Shown: positions 10,296-19,011 of the stretch, piece after piece
How positions within the stretch are numbered: the stretch's first letter is position 1
Layout: every line of letters starts with the position of its first letter
Virus record (IMG/VR): IMGVR_UViG_3300001866_000283
Location: 1 to 30,497 of that record
Source: a virus
Taxonomy: Duplodnaviria; Caudoviricetes
Direction: 5' to 3' (one strand)
DNA length: 30,497 bases
Position numbers and translations under genes: made by a program
Notes under the pieces: generated by a model
Told to the model about the DNA's origin: nothing
Database searches by the model: none
What the model saw: the letters and a program-made list of their open reading frames with translations, nothing else

Positions 10296-10721
10296 TCAGG
10301 TTAGCTCTGTCACAGCGCCGCTGCCCTTAAGGGTCAGATCGAGGCTCTGCTGAGCGCTTGCGCTAGCGAGCTGATAGTTGCCGCTTGTGACATGCACGGC
10401 TCCAGAGAAACCCTTTGGGCTAACGGTGGGAGTCCCTGATTGCAGGGCCTTGACATAAATAGCAGATCTTGCGAGTAAGGCAGCCTTGATAAGTCCGTAT
10501 GCAGAATCAGATAGGATCAGGTTGCTTTTCACGGTTACCTCCCAGCTACCAGCACCCATGATGGATGAGCCCCATCCGGCGTCATCGACGTTGGATGTAT
10601 CGATTTCTTTGCCATCGATCTTGATCTTGGCGTCGGAGACCTCGGCCAACTTTACGAATGTGCCGTTACTAGTGGCGCATACCCACAGTGTTCCGGACAT
10701 GCCGGAAGTTGCATTAGTCAT
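10296..10721 (-). CDS. Major tail tube protein (TP901-1-like)
   Basis: 141 aa with an IDTSNVDDAGW...GAGSWEVTV motif and C-terminal LTLKGSGAVT, typical of siphovirus tail tubes; positional context agrees. Confidence 0.8.
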   Translation of the reverse strand: MTNATSGMSGTLWVCATSNGTFVKLAEVSDAKIKIDGKEIDTSNVDDAGWGSSIMGAGSWEVTVKSNLILSDSAYGLIKAALLARSAIYVKALQSGTPTVSPKGFSGAVHVTSGNYQLASASAQQSLDLTLKGSGAVTELT

Positions 10722-10816
10722 TCTTGAACCATCTCCTATAGGATTTTAGCCGCTAAACGCGGTTTATAATAAACTATGAAAATTATTATTAGAAAAAAAT
10801 AGAGACCCGATAAAAA

Positions 10817-11029
10817 TTACTCATCTCGTATGGTTATGTGGCCAATGGGGATAGTGACGACCAACTCTTTCAGGGACGCTGGCCAGGAATGGATCTCATA
10901 TTTGGTAGTGATCATCGATATGTCAAAATTGTTAAGAAGTATCTTCTCCCTGCCAGATTTCAGCCGGATGATCTCGACGTCCATCGGCCCGCTCATGCGA
11001 TCATTTGGCCCATTGATGTATGTCAACAT
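10817..11029 (-). CDS. Small hypothetical protein
   Basis: Part of track ORF 10817..11137. The more plausible start is the ATG of MLTYINGP..., which avoids overlap with 11091..11462. Confidence 0.45.
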   Translation of the reverse strand: MLTYINGPNDRMSGPMDVEIIRLKSGREKILLNNFDISMITTKYEIHSWPASLKELVVTIPIGHITIRDE

Positions 11030-11090
11030 GGTTACGCCCCTTTCACTATCTCGAAATTCTGATAGAATATCGTTGGCGCTCTGACGCCCA

Positions 11091-11462
11091 TTACGAAAAT
11101 ATCTTGAATTCGACCACGAACTTATGCCGCCCATCATCCAACTGTCCCAGGTAGATCGGACTTGATCGGGCCGCCTTGATTACCTGGCCTATCAAGTTTT
11201 TCTGCAATCTGAAATATGCTCTGATGGCCTCGGCTTTTGTTTCCGCTGCTGCTAGGTCGCTATCCACCACGTAAACCTGAATTCCGGGCTTTGCAGTCTG
11301 CGAGTCCACAGTCTCGATTGGCGGCTCGCCTCCTGTAAGCAGCACCATAAGCTGAGCGGTCGGTGAGGCCTGAATCTGCCAGGCAAATACATCTATGCCC
11401 TTTGAGCTGGCAAACCCAGCAGATATGAGCGCATCGGCCATATCTGACACCAACGAACTCAT
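11091..11462 (-). CDS. Tail terminator / tail completion protein
   Basis: 123 aa with PGIQVYV and SSPIYLGQLDDGRHKFVVEF patterns typical of this family; lies upstream of the tail tube. Confidence 0.7.
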   Translation of the reverse strand: MSSLVSDMADALISAGFASSKGIDVFAWQIQASPTAQLMVLLTGGEPPIETVDSQTAKPGIQVYVVDSDLAAAETKAEAIRAYFRLQKNLIGQVIKAARSSPIYLGQLDDGRHKFVVEFKIFS

Positions 11463-11857
11463 TTCAGAACCGCCGCTACCCTGCTCTTGATTTTCTCGGA
11501 AAGTGTGCTCTGTGCACCATTGAAAGCATTCTCAAGCCATTTTGCTTCGCCGGATGGGTGGGTCAACGTCATGTCTTCATGCTGTCTCTCAACATAGGCT
11601 GAAGCCGCGCCACCATAACCGATTACGACTTCGCCTTGCTTGCCGCCAAAAGTGTCACCCTCGTTGTACGGTCCAGCCAGGACAGCGGCCCCGTCTCGGA
11701 CGATGGCATTGGAGCCTTTCATGACGCCCCTATCAGTGGGGCAATTCTGGTCAGCCACGGGAAGGACATCTACCCTGAGCCATTCTTCGGCCCCGTCCAG
11801 GACAGCTTTTCTGACTTCGGCCTCGATCAAGGCATCATTTTTCCAGGTGACTTTCAT
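11459..11857 (-). CDS. HK97 gp10-like neck/tail completion protein
   Basis: 132 aa with CPTDRGVMKGS...AYVERQHE...HPSGEAKWLENA motifs; coupled to its neighbours by overlapping start/stop codons. Confidence 0.7.
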   Translation of the reverse strand: MKVTWKNDALIEAEVRKAVLDGAEEWLRVDVLPVADQNCPTDRGVMKGSNAIVRDGAAVLAGPYNEGDTFGGKQGEVVIGYGGAASAYVERQHEDMTLTHPSGEAKWLENAFNGAQSTLSEKIKSRVAAVLK

Positions 11858-12117
11858 GCAAGGTATACCACCTGAAAGGAATTGTTCAACTGGACTATCT
11901 CACCATCAAAGCCTTCTGCATATACCCGGCCAGATTCGTTGAACGTCGTCCTGGCCAGGATCACGATCTTCTGCGAATGATGTGGTGGCACCGTAACTTG
12001 AGAAATGCCTTCATCAGTCGTCACCATGCGGTCCAGCATCGTAATACCGAATCCTAGCACCGCTGTAAGTGATGCCAGGATAGCCAGGCCCTCTTTCCAG
12101 TTCATGCCGCCTGCCAT
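11854..12117 (-). CDS. Small membrane protein
   Basis: N-terminal hydrophobic helix GLAILASLTAVLGFGITML; overlaps both neighbours. Confidence 0.6.
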   Translation of the reverse strand: MAGGMNWKEGLAILASLTAVLGFGITMLDRMVTTDEGISQVTVPPHHSQKIVILARTTFNESGRVYAEGFDGEIVQLNNSFQVVYLA

Positions 12118-12878
12118 GTGATGTTGAGCTGCGGGATTATTGTCCTGCTTTCGGGATCATATCTGTAGTTGTAGCGGCTATTGTTTTCCGGCAGGACATA
12201 TATGGCCCCGACCTCATCAGCCAGAATCATGTCGCGGTTCATCCGGTCGCAGAAGCCGAGCCAGTCTTCAGGCTTCGTGATCTCCTCGGAGATGTTCAGG
12301 TAGCTCCTGAGAACGAAATCGCCTACAGCATCAAGCTCCTCTTCAGTGATGGGCTTTCCCGATTGGCCGTTGTAGATTCGCCCTTGGAATGTCGCGTTTC
12401 CGTCCATCAGAATGAGGCTATCCAGGTTCTCGGCACCATCGTCATTCACCGTTAGGGATATCTCAGATGAGCCGCTGAAGTCGCCCATGATCTTTGTTGC
12501 CCGGTATTCATGCTTGTAGCCCGCGCCAGAAGACTTCACCACGTACTGATTTTGGTAGCCCCCCTGGGCACCAGATACAATGTAGCTGGAGCTGGATGTC
12601 TGCTCCTTGGAGCTGCTTTCCCAGTTACGAGTGCCTTGATAGACGACTGTCGCGTTGTCTGAGATCGCTAGGTCAGAAGCGCCTTCAGAATCATGTCGAG
12701 TGTATAGATCCCCGTGGCCCATGATGGACTGCTGAATCACATTTGCCTGCCCAGATTCGCCAATAGCGATAATTGCCAGGATGAGGCAGAAAACCGCGAG
12801 GAACAGAGACGCGTAGAAGTACTTCTTGAAATCGTCTGGGGTAAAAAGTTTCATTCCGCCTCCACAGGGGCAGGTCAC
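12102..12878 (-). CDS. Membrane-anchored/secreted protein
   Basis: 258 aa; hydrophobic segment YFYASLFLAVFCLILAIIAIG followed by a Ser/Gly-rich beta-type ectodomain. Confidence 0.7.
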   Translation of the reverse strand: MTCPCGGGMKLFTPDDFKKYFYASLFLAVFCLILAIIAIGESGQANVIQQSIMGHGDLYTRHDSEGASDLAISDNATVVYQGTRNWESSSKEQTSSSSYIVSGAQGGYQNQYVVKSSGAGYKHEYRATKIMGDFSGSSEISLTVNDDGAENLDSLILMDGNATFQGRIYNGQSGKPITEEELDAVGDFVLRSYLNISEEITKPEDWLGFCDRMNRDMILADEVGAIYVLPENNSRYNYRYDPESRTIIPQLNITWQAA

Positions 12879-13096
12879 TGGTCGCTCAGGGCTTTGGTGC
12901 AGGAGTCTAGCTTGCCATTGGTCTCAGCGAGCTTGGTTTGAAGTTCCTGGTTCTTGCGGTTTGTCTCGGCCAAAGCAGTGCGTGTAGCTCTTAGCTCTGC
13001 CTGGAGTGCAGCATTGGACTTCCCGCCCTGATATAGCTGATATGCCAGCCAGACGAACGCAGCAGCCATGACGAGGAGGGCAATGATGTACCACAT
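12875..13096 (-). CDS. Single-TM coiled-coil protein
   Basis: MWYIIALLVMAAAFVWLAY followed by a heptad-like region containing LAETN twice. Confidence 0.7.
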   Translation of the reverse strand: MWYIIALLVMAAAFVWLAYQLYQGGKSNAALQAELRATRTALAETNRKNQELQTKLAETNGKLDSCTKALSDQ

Positions 13097-13390
13097 CTAG
13101 CTCACCTTCTCTTCAGGCTTCGTTGCCTCGGCCAGGCTGGATTTCATACAGAGGATAGTCTTGAATGTTGGCGAAAAGTCCCCGATGTCCGTCCAAATTT
13201 CCTGTGCTTTTGCTCGCAGCTCCGGCACCTGGTAGGCGCGGGCCACGAAATCAGCAACGTCGCTGATCAGCTCTTTTGCGGCATTCCATCGAGCCGAGCC
13301 TTTCTGTATTCCGATCCCTGCAGCCACTATCGCAAGCAGACTGCCGCCTATTTCAGCTAATTGTGTGACATCTATATCCATACAAAACAC
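13097..13390 (-). CDS. Holin-like small membrane protein
   Basis: ~95 aa; one TM helix (IGGSLLAIVAAGIGI) followed by amphipathic helices. The function is inferred only. Confidence 0.45.
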   Translation of the reverse strand: MFCMDIDVTQLAEIGGSLLAIVAAGIGIQKGSARWNAAKELISDVADFVARAYQVPELRAKAQEIWTDIGDFSPTFKTILCMKSSLAEATKPEEKVS

Positions 13391-13430
13391 CTACAAAATT
13401 TAAGTTAAGCTCGATGATAGCACTAATTTT

Positions 13431-13754
13431 TTATGTAAAGATTACAATTCCGTAGCCATCGGGGTCAGGACTAATTCTTTGAATTTTAGGCGATATGCCG
13501 TTGAAAGTTATCTTGTCTTGTACAGTGACAACCACATCACCGTTTAGATAAATTTGGGCTGTTGTAATAGCCAATGTGCCATCCGTTTTCGTGATCTGAA
13601 ATACCTCATACTGGATATGGCAATCATACGTCGCGCCTTCTCCGTAAGACGATCCGTAGAATGAAGCGCTAGACCAGGGCTGTATGAGGATTTGATCAGT
13701 CATCTCCTCAGCGAAGTCATCTGCAAAGCATTCATCCAAAAAAGATCTAGGCAT
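13431..13754 (-). CDS. Head closure (stopper) protein, SPP1 gp16-like
   Basis: 107-aa beta-rich ORF after the adaptor; TAQIYL...VTVQDKITF pattern. Confidence 0.65.
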   Translation of the reverse strand: MPRSFLDECFADDFAEEMTDQILIQPWSSASFYGSSYGEGATYDCHIQYEVFQITKTDGTLAITTAQIYLNGDVVVTVQDKITFNGISPKIQRISPDPDGYGIVIFT

Positions 13755-13756
13755 CC

Positions 13757-14203
13757 CTACCTCGGCGAGTCCCGCTCCACTGTGTCCTCCCCGAACGGCT
13801 GAGGGGTTATGTCCGTAATGCGCTGCCGTGGCGGGAAGTTGGTCGATATTGAATCCTGGATTCGAGATATCGTTGGAGCTGCGATACTGCCCATGCAGGC
13901 CTCGGAGGCCTGAGACTTCAGATCTTTCTCCAGCTGCTTGAAGTGCTGGAAGATTTGATCCTTGGACTTCGATTTCTTCCCGATGCTGAAATCCGTGTAG
14001 ATGGCATACCTGGCAGCTATCTTTCCAGCGCAGCGAGAGGCTGCTAGGAAGATGTTACTCCCGGCCCTGGTAAGCTCTCGGTTCACCTCGTCGTCTGATA
14101 GAAATTCAGAATCCTCATCACCTGACACATCCCCGATCAGGTCTCTTACTTGATCAAGATTCGAATCGCTATCGATATAAGTCATTTGAACGATCTCCTG
14201 CAA
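13757..14203 (-). CDS. Head-tail adaptor protein
   Basis: LDQVRDLIGD...FLSDDEV...FLAASRCAGKIAARYA pattern typical of adaptor proteins; downstream of the capsid genes. Confidence 0.7.
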   Translation of the reverse strand: MQEIVQMTYIDSDSNLDQVRDLIGDVSGDEDSEFLSDDEVNRELTRAGSNIFLAASRCAGKIAARYAIYTDFSIGKKSKSKDQIFQHFKQLEKDLKSQASEACMGSIAAPTISRIQDSISTNFPPRQRITDITPQPFGEDTVERDSPR

Positions 14204-14258
14204 TGTCAGGCCGAATGCACAATCAAACCATGATTGGAGACGAAACGCAGGTTTTCAG

Positions 14259-14465
14259 TCATACCTTTTCAACCTTCGCACGCGCCTTTTTTACCTTAAT
14301 TTGAGGTCCTTCGTGCTCATAAGGCAGTATGTTGTACTTCTCAAGCACTCTTGCCAATGCGTCTCTGTGAATCGTAAGCGCCCTGGCAGACGACGGTAAA
14401 GCCTTCGCTATGCATTCGTCGAGATGCTCGATGCGCTTCTCAAGGTCTTCTTTGGACATGTTCAT
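14259..14465 (-). CDS. Small hypothetical protein
   Basis: 68-aa ORF with GGAGG upstream, collinear with the head genes. Confidence 0.55.
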   Translation of the reverse strand: MNMSKEDLEKRIEHLDECIAKALPSSARALTIHRDALARVLEKYNILPYEHEGPQIKVKKARAKVEKV

Positions 14466-14499
14466 ATCCTCCAGAAAATGTGAGGACCGCTGCCCCCAC

Positions 14500-15117
14500 C
14501 TAAGCCGTCTTCTTCCAGATCAGCATGAAATATATCTTGCCAGTGGAGCGGCTATCATCGGCAGCAACGTATGCATATACATCCCCACCAGAAGCCGAAA
14601 TACTGTTAGCTCCTGATACTGGTGCAGCCCCCACCACGGAGCCTACCAGTTGGGTAGAGTCTTTGTCCATGAGGATGCTGCTGGACATCTCGGTCGCCCC
14701 TGCTGCAGCTTTGCTGATCTTCACCGTACTGTCTGCAGTGCCGTTGAACAGTTCAGTCACTATGCCGATAACCGCCAACAGTTGTCCTTTGACATCCAGC
14801 GAGTCAGAGAGTTTAGTATCTACAGAAGAAGTCGATCCTGCATCAAACTCAGTACATGTGACAAACAGCGAACTGTTCAGATCGGCAACCATCTGAGCAA
14901 TAGCACCATAAAACGCGGCCATATTGGCCAGGGTGACGGTCTTTGGCGCATCTCCGTCGGCCACGTCTTGGATAACCACCTTATCTGTTGATGTTGGTGT
15001 GGTCTTGGGACTAAACTCTGTTGGATCAAATACCCCGCGGTCGCTTATGCCGGTGATTGAACCTCCCTGTGCACCCGACCTGGCCACTATGCTATGAGGA
15101 TTTACAGACATGAGCAA
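14500..15117 (-). CDS. Virion structural/decoration-like hypothetical protein
   Basis: 205 aa immediately after the MCP, with AGGAGG upstream and a beta-rich C-terminal domain. Confidence 0.55.
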   Translation of the reverse strand: MLMSVNPHSIVARSGAQGGSITGISDRGVFDPTEFSPKTTPTSTDKVVIQDVADGDAPKTVTLANMAAFYGAIAQMVADLNSSLFVTCTEFDAGSTSSVDTKLSDSLDVKGQLLAVIGIVTELFNGTADSTVKISKAAAGATEMSSSILMDKDSTQLVGSVVGAAPVSGANSISASGGDVYAYVAADDSRSTGKIYFMLIWKKTA

Positions 15118-15141
15118 TACCTCCTAAAAACGAAGAGAGAT

Positions 15142-16068
15142 CTACAGAGTGTAAATCTCTGCAACTCCCTCCATGGTGTGGAATTCATTCGGGTTAACCC
15201 ACTCGATCAGCTCCACGGGTATGACCTCGCCGGGCTGCTCTGAGTATGCCTTGGTCCTGAGATCGGTAGAGATGACGAACTCAGCAAACTCCACGTCCTT
15301 TGCGACCACATAGGCATAGCCAGCGGGCACATAGGCAGAGGTCCGGAGGAAGTCGTTTACGTTGTTGGCATTGAACAGATCCAACAGTTGATCGGCATAG
15401 ACGTTCCGCAGGTCATCCATCTTTCGGATAGGGGCAAGGGTGGTCTTCTGACCGATCATGTAAGCAGCATCGAAGTTATCTCCGACCCTGGTAACGGCTT
15501 CAAGAGTATCATCATAGATGTCTCTGTAGGTATCCGTCCCAGCCCAATTGCCAACGCTATCCTTGGAGGGGCTGGATGAGCTGGCACCGTAGGCAGCGAT
15601 CTTGCCTTTCGGATTGGCGCGAGCTGCGGTCACCAGGCCCGTGAGCGCTGGTCCGGTGCTGCCATTGATGAACAGATAGTCCTCCAGCCTCCGTATCTCC
15701 CTGGTGCAGATCTCCACCTTTCTGGTGTACTGAGCCGGGTCTAGATCGAGATCCCTGGTGTTGAAGTTGAACCCCACCGTTAGCTTGTACATCTGGTGGG
15801 AAATCTCGTTCTCCTTTGCGCCTACTGTATCTGCAGCGGCTCCCTTGGCCTTGATGGATGCCCGGATGATATCGTTGCCTCCTGTCTTCTCCCAGTAGGT
15901 CACGACATCGGTCTGGAAGGCCGGGCCGATGGTCCTGATGTTTGACAGGTTGCGGGCGATCTCCTTATCCCGCTCCTTGGATCGATAGTTGATGATGGTC
16001 CGGTCGAAGCGCTTGATAATGCTTGATGGAATAGACGCTGCATATTTTCCTGACATTGTTTTTTTCAC
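15142..16068 (-). CDS. Major capsid protein (HK97 fold, probable)
   Basis: 308 aa; EIRRLEDYLFINGS...LTGL motif typical of HK97/encapsulin-like MCPs; strong GAGGAGGTGA SD; lies after the protease/scaffold and decoration genes. Confidence 0.8.
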   Translation of the reverse strand: MKKTMSGKYAASIPSSIIKRFDRTIINYRSKERDKEIARNLSNIRTIGPAFQTDVVTYWEKTGGNDIIRASIKAKGAAADTVGAKENEISHQMYKLTVGFNFNTRDLDLDPAQYTRKVEICTREIRRLEDYLFINGSTGPALTGLVTAARANPKGKIAAYGASSSSPSKDSVGNWAGTDTYRDIYDDTLEAVTRVGDNFDAAYMIGQKTTLAPIRKMDDLRNVYADQLLDLFNANNVNDFLRTSAYVPAGYAYVVAKDVEFAEFVISTDLRTKAYSEQPGEVIPVELIEWVNPNEFHTMEGVAEIYTL

Positions 16069-16072
16069 CTCC

Positions 16073-16789
16073 TCACTTGATGATCTGGCACTCTGCCTGC
16101 CTTACAGCATGAACGTAATCGACGGCGGCGACGGTGATCGGTATCAATACCGTCATTGTTGCCGTGCTTCCATCATCCGACATGGCCATGATTCTGTTTA
16201 CCTGGCCTGCGGCGACTCCAGTGCCATCGGAATCTCTCAGAAGCACCCAATCGCCCACATGCAGACCCATTATGGCCATGTCACCGGGCGTCATTGAGAT
16301 GGTATTCTCTCCTGCTGTTGGCGTGCTGGCAGGGGCCTTGTAGGACTCATCCTTCATTGCCAGGTCTTCGAGGAGCTGGGCAACGGCAGTTGTGAGCTTG
16401 GTTTCACCGGCGTGAGTTCCTGCCTCTGCAAGGACACCGACCTCGCCGGTATTGGTTCCGCTAGTGATGGATGCTATTTCCAGGTAGTCGCCTGCCAACA
16501 GATCGTAGTCATCGATTGCTATTATGAGCGGGTTCACTGTGCCGTCTATCGCCACCGGCACCATTTCACCGGACTCGTAGAAGCCGGGATAGGTGTGCTC
16601 CACCTCATCTTCTAGGGCATAGCCCAGGATCTCGTCAGTGTCGGCCAGGATGGCAGCCTTGACGGTTCCAGCTCCTGCCCGCATGACTGCAGCACCGAAA
16701 GGTATACGCCCGCCAGCTACGTAGGACTTGACGATGCCAGTGTTGGTCGTCCTGACATCAGCAGGAGGCTTGATAGTAAAAGTAGACAT
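16073..16789 (-). CDS. Capsid decoration/cement protein
   Basis: AGGRIPFGAAV...ILGYAL...GEMVPVAIDG pattern of beta-tulip decoration proteins; lies between the scaffold and the MCP; GGTGA SD. Confidence 0.65.
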   Translation of the reverse strand: MSTFTIKPPADVRTTNTGIVKSYVAGGRIPFGAAVMRAGAGTVKAAILADTDEILGYALEDEVEHTYPGFYESGEMVPVAIDGTVNPLIIAIDDYDLLAGDYLEIASITSGTNTGEVGVLAEAGTHAGETKLTTAVAQLLEDLAMKDESYKAPASTPTAGENTISMTPGDMAIMGLHVGDWVLLRDSDGTGVAAGQVNRIMAMSDDGSTATMTVLIPITVAAVDYVHAVRQAECQIIK

Positions 16790-16803
16790 TCTGAATCACC
16801 GTC

Positions 16804-19008
16804 CTAATAACCGTAGAGCTTCTTGTTCTCGGCTGCTATGTCGAAGTCGTCTGACTCTGCTCCAGCGGCGGCCCGGCCCTTGAAATCGTTTTCCCTGCCA
16901 GGCTGCAACCGAATCTCAGGATGCTCGCCCAGATAGTGATCTCTGCCAAGCGGGTCTTTGCTCGCCTCGGCCCACACTCTCTCAAAGGTTTCCCCCTCGG
17001 GCTTGCCGTCTTTGGTGTGGGCTGCGTTGAGCTGCTTTGCGAAACTCTCCCGTTGCGTGGTCAGCTTGGCGGCTTCCTGCTGAGCCTTGAATCCCTGAAT
17101 GTCAGGAAGGCTTTCAGTCAGCTTGCTCACGTTCTCGATGAGCGTCTTGATGGTCGGATCCTCTGCGAGGGGCTTATCCCCCGAGGTCGCCTTTTCCAGA
17201 GCCTCGATCCTCTTGACCAGAGGACCAACAGACTCCTCGAAGCTCTCCTTGAAGAGCTTCTTCATTTCAGTGGCATCTATTGGCATAGAATTATCATCCT
17301 CTTGTTTACATTTCCCACAAGTTCTTCGCTTAACTGACCCGTCTTCAAGAACCAACTCAGTCTCACTCTCAGATTTTGAAAAATCGATAACATTTACTTT
17401 CTCTCTCTTGCCAGTGTCTGGTGGTGGCATAATTTCAGGTGGAGGTGCATTGAACCCGCATGTTGGGCAGGCCGGGGTATCGCTCTCGTCCAGGAGCGCG
17501 TAGTGATTTGCTCGGAATGGCCTCTTGACCTCTGTGTCGTATGGTGTTCCATCGTCCCACATCAGAGGAGCTGGAAGGTAGATTTTCCGAGAATTGTAAG
17601 CCAGAGAGCCAGCTACAGGCTCTCCAGATTCGAGCGCCTTGACCTCTTTGCCTGTCAAACGCTCCTCGACCAGCCAGGCTTCGGCATCTGCTCGCTTCTC
17701 TTCGGTGTCGCAAACAATGTTCCTGAGCTTGCCAAGAGATGGCGTCTCTGGTCCCATTCCCAGTATAGGATGACCTCTGGTGATCATACAGCCCTCGAAT
17801 GAATGGACGCCATCGATCTCTTCAGGGTCGTAGATCTCCTCCCACCGCTTGAGGATCCCGTTGGCCACGCCTTCATGCGTCAGATGGACAGGAGAAACGA
17901 TGTAGTTGATGCCATTCCGGGCTTTTCGGCGTGCTATACCGGGACCTACCTGGATAGCCTCGATAGTGATCTCATCAGATTCCTGTGACTCTGCCCTTCT
18001 GGCAGCCCGTCCTTTGCCGCCTGCAAACCCCCTGGCGGCTTTGTGGAATTCTTGCCACTTGTCCGGCAGAATCCAGGGCTTGACCAGCTCCAGGAACTTG
18101 CCCAGGTATTCGTTGGATCGCTCAGCATCTTTCATTTCAGTTTTCTTCATACTGATTCTCCTAATACCCTCAACGCACCGGCAGAGAAGGTGAAGCTTGG
18201 GCGTAACGTCACCAGAAGAGGGATAGCTGCCATCGGGCAATCGCCTTGCCTCACCGACAAGTTCAGCGCATGTCTTACAAAGTCGATCGTCGCCCGTGAC
18301 TATTCGATAGCCTTCGTAGATATTCGGGTCGAGAATACTACGTTTGCAGGCGTCCTTAGTTGTCTCATAGAAGGCCCTGGCTCCTGCGGTGATAGCTTCT
18401 TGGACGGCTATGTCCTGGGCTCGCTTGTTTAGCAGCGCTTTGCCCTTCTTCTCCATCAGCCGCCAGACTTCTTCTTCGGATTTGCCCTTGGCAAAAAGAT
18501 TCTCAGAATACTTCTGCAGAATACTGGCTCGTCTGGGATCAAGCCCTATGCAGTTCCTTATCTGCTTGGCTTGAGTCTGATATGTGACACCGTTGGCATA
18601 GCCATCTGTCACGATCTGCTTGATGGCATCCTTCTGGCTATCCGATACGTATTTTACTTCTTTTGCGCCATAATCCTTCAGCCACTTGAGAGCGTTTGGA
18701 TCGGTGAGCGTGAAACTTGCCTTGGTGCCAGTAGCCACAACATCTGCGATGTAATTGGCCATGATTCCCGATGCTGCTGGGAAGACATCTTCTTCCAGCT
18801 TCGTCCTTGGATCATAGCCTTGCCATGTTACCGCATAGGCCACTTCTTCGGCGTCTTGCTGTGCCTCCAGTCGGCTTTCAATATCGGACCAATCGGTTTC
18901 TGATAGGGTCTTGCGGACGGTTGCCTGAAACTCTTTGTTAAACTTCGTTATGGCGTTGTCCTCTATTGCATGGAGGGCTTCGGCCAGCTTCTCGCCTTTG
19001 TCTGCCAT
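16804..19008 (-). CDS. Fusion of Mu gpF/SPP1 gp7-like head morphogenesis protein, prohead protease-like domain and scaffold
   Basis: The N-terminal third ends in GDDRLCKTC...PKLHLLCRC (gpF motif). The middle has LTHEGVANG...FEGCMITRGHP...ANHYALL (DUF2213-like protease). The C-terminus is a charged helical scaffold-like region. Confidence 0.75.
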   Translation of the reverse strand: MADKGEKLAEALHAIEDNAITKFNKEFQATVRKTLSETDWSDIESRLEAQQDAEEVAYAVTWQGYDPRTKLEEDVFPAASGIMANYIADVVATGTKASFTLTDPNALKWLKDYGAKEVKYVSDSQKDAIKQIVTDGYANGVTYQTQAKQIRNCIGLDPRRASILQKYSENLFAKGKSEEEVWRLMEKKGKALLNKRAQDIAVQEAITAGARAFYETTKDACKRSILDPNIYEGYRIVTGDDRLCKTCAELVGEARRLPDGSYPSSGDVTPKLHLLCRCVEGIRRISMKKTEMKDAERSNEYLGKFLELVKPWILPDKWQEFHKAARGFAGGKGRAARRAESQESDEITIEAIQVGPGIARRKARNGINYIVSPVHLTHEGVANGILKRWEEIYDPEEIDGVHSFEGCMITRGHPILGMGPETPSLGKLRNIVCDTEEKRADAEAWLVEERLTGKEVKALESGEPVAGSLAYNSRKIYLPAPLMWDDGTPYDTEVKRPFRANHYALLDESDTPACPTCGFNAPPPEIMPPPDTGKREKVNVIDFSKSESETELVLEDGSVKRRTCGKCKQEDDNSMPIDATEMKKLFKESFEESVGPLVKRIEALEKATSGDKPLAEDPTIKTLIENVSKLTESLPDIQGFKAQQEAAKLTTQRESFAKQLNAAHTKDGKPEGETFERVWAEASKDPLGRDHYLGEHPEIRLQPGRENDFKGRAAAGAESDDFDIAAENKKLYGY

Positions 19009-19011
19009 GCC

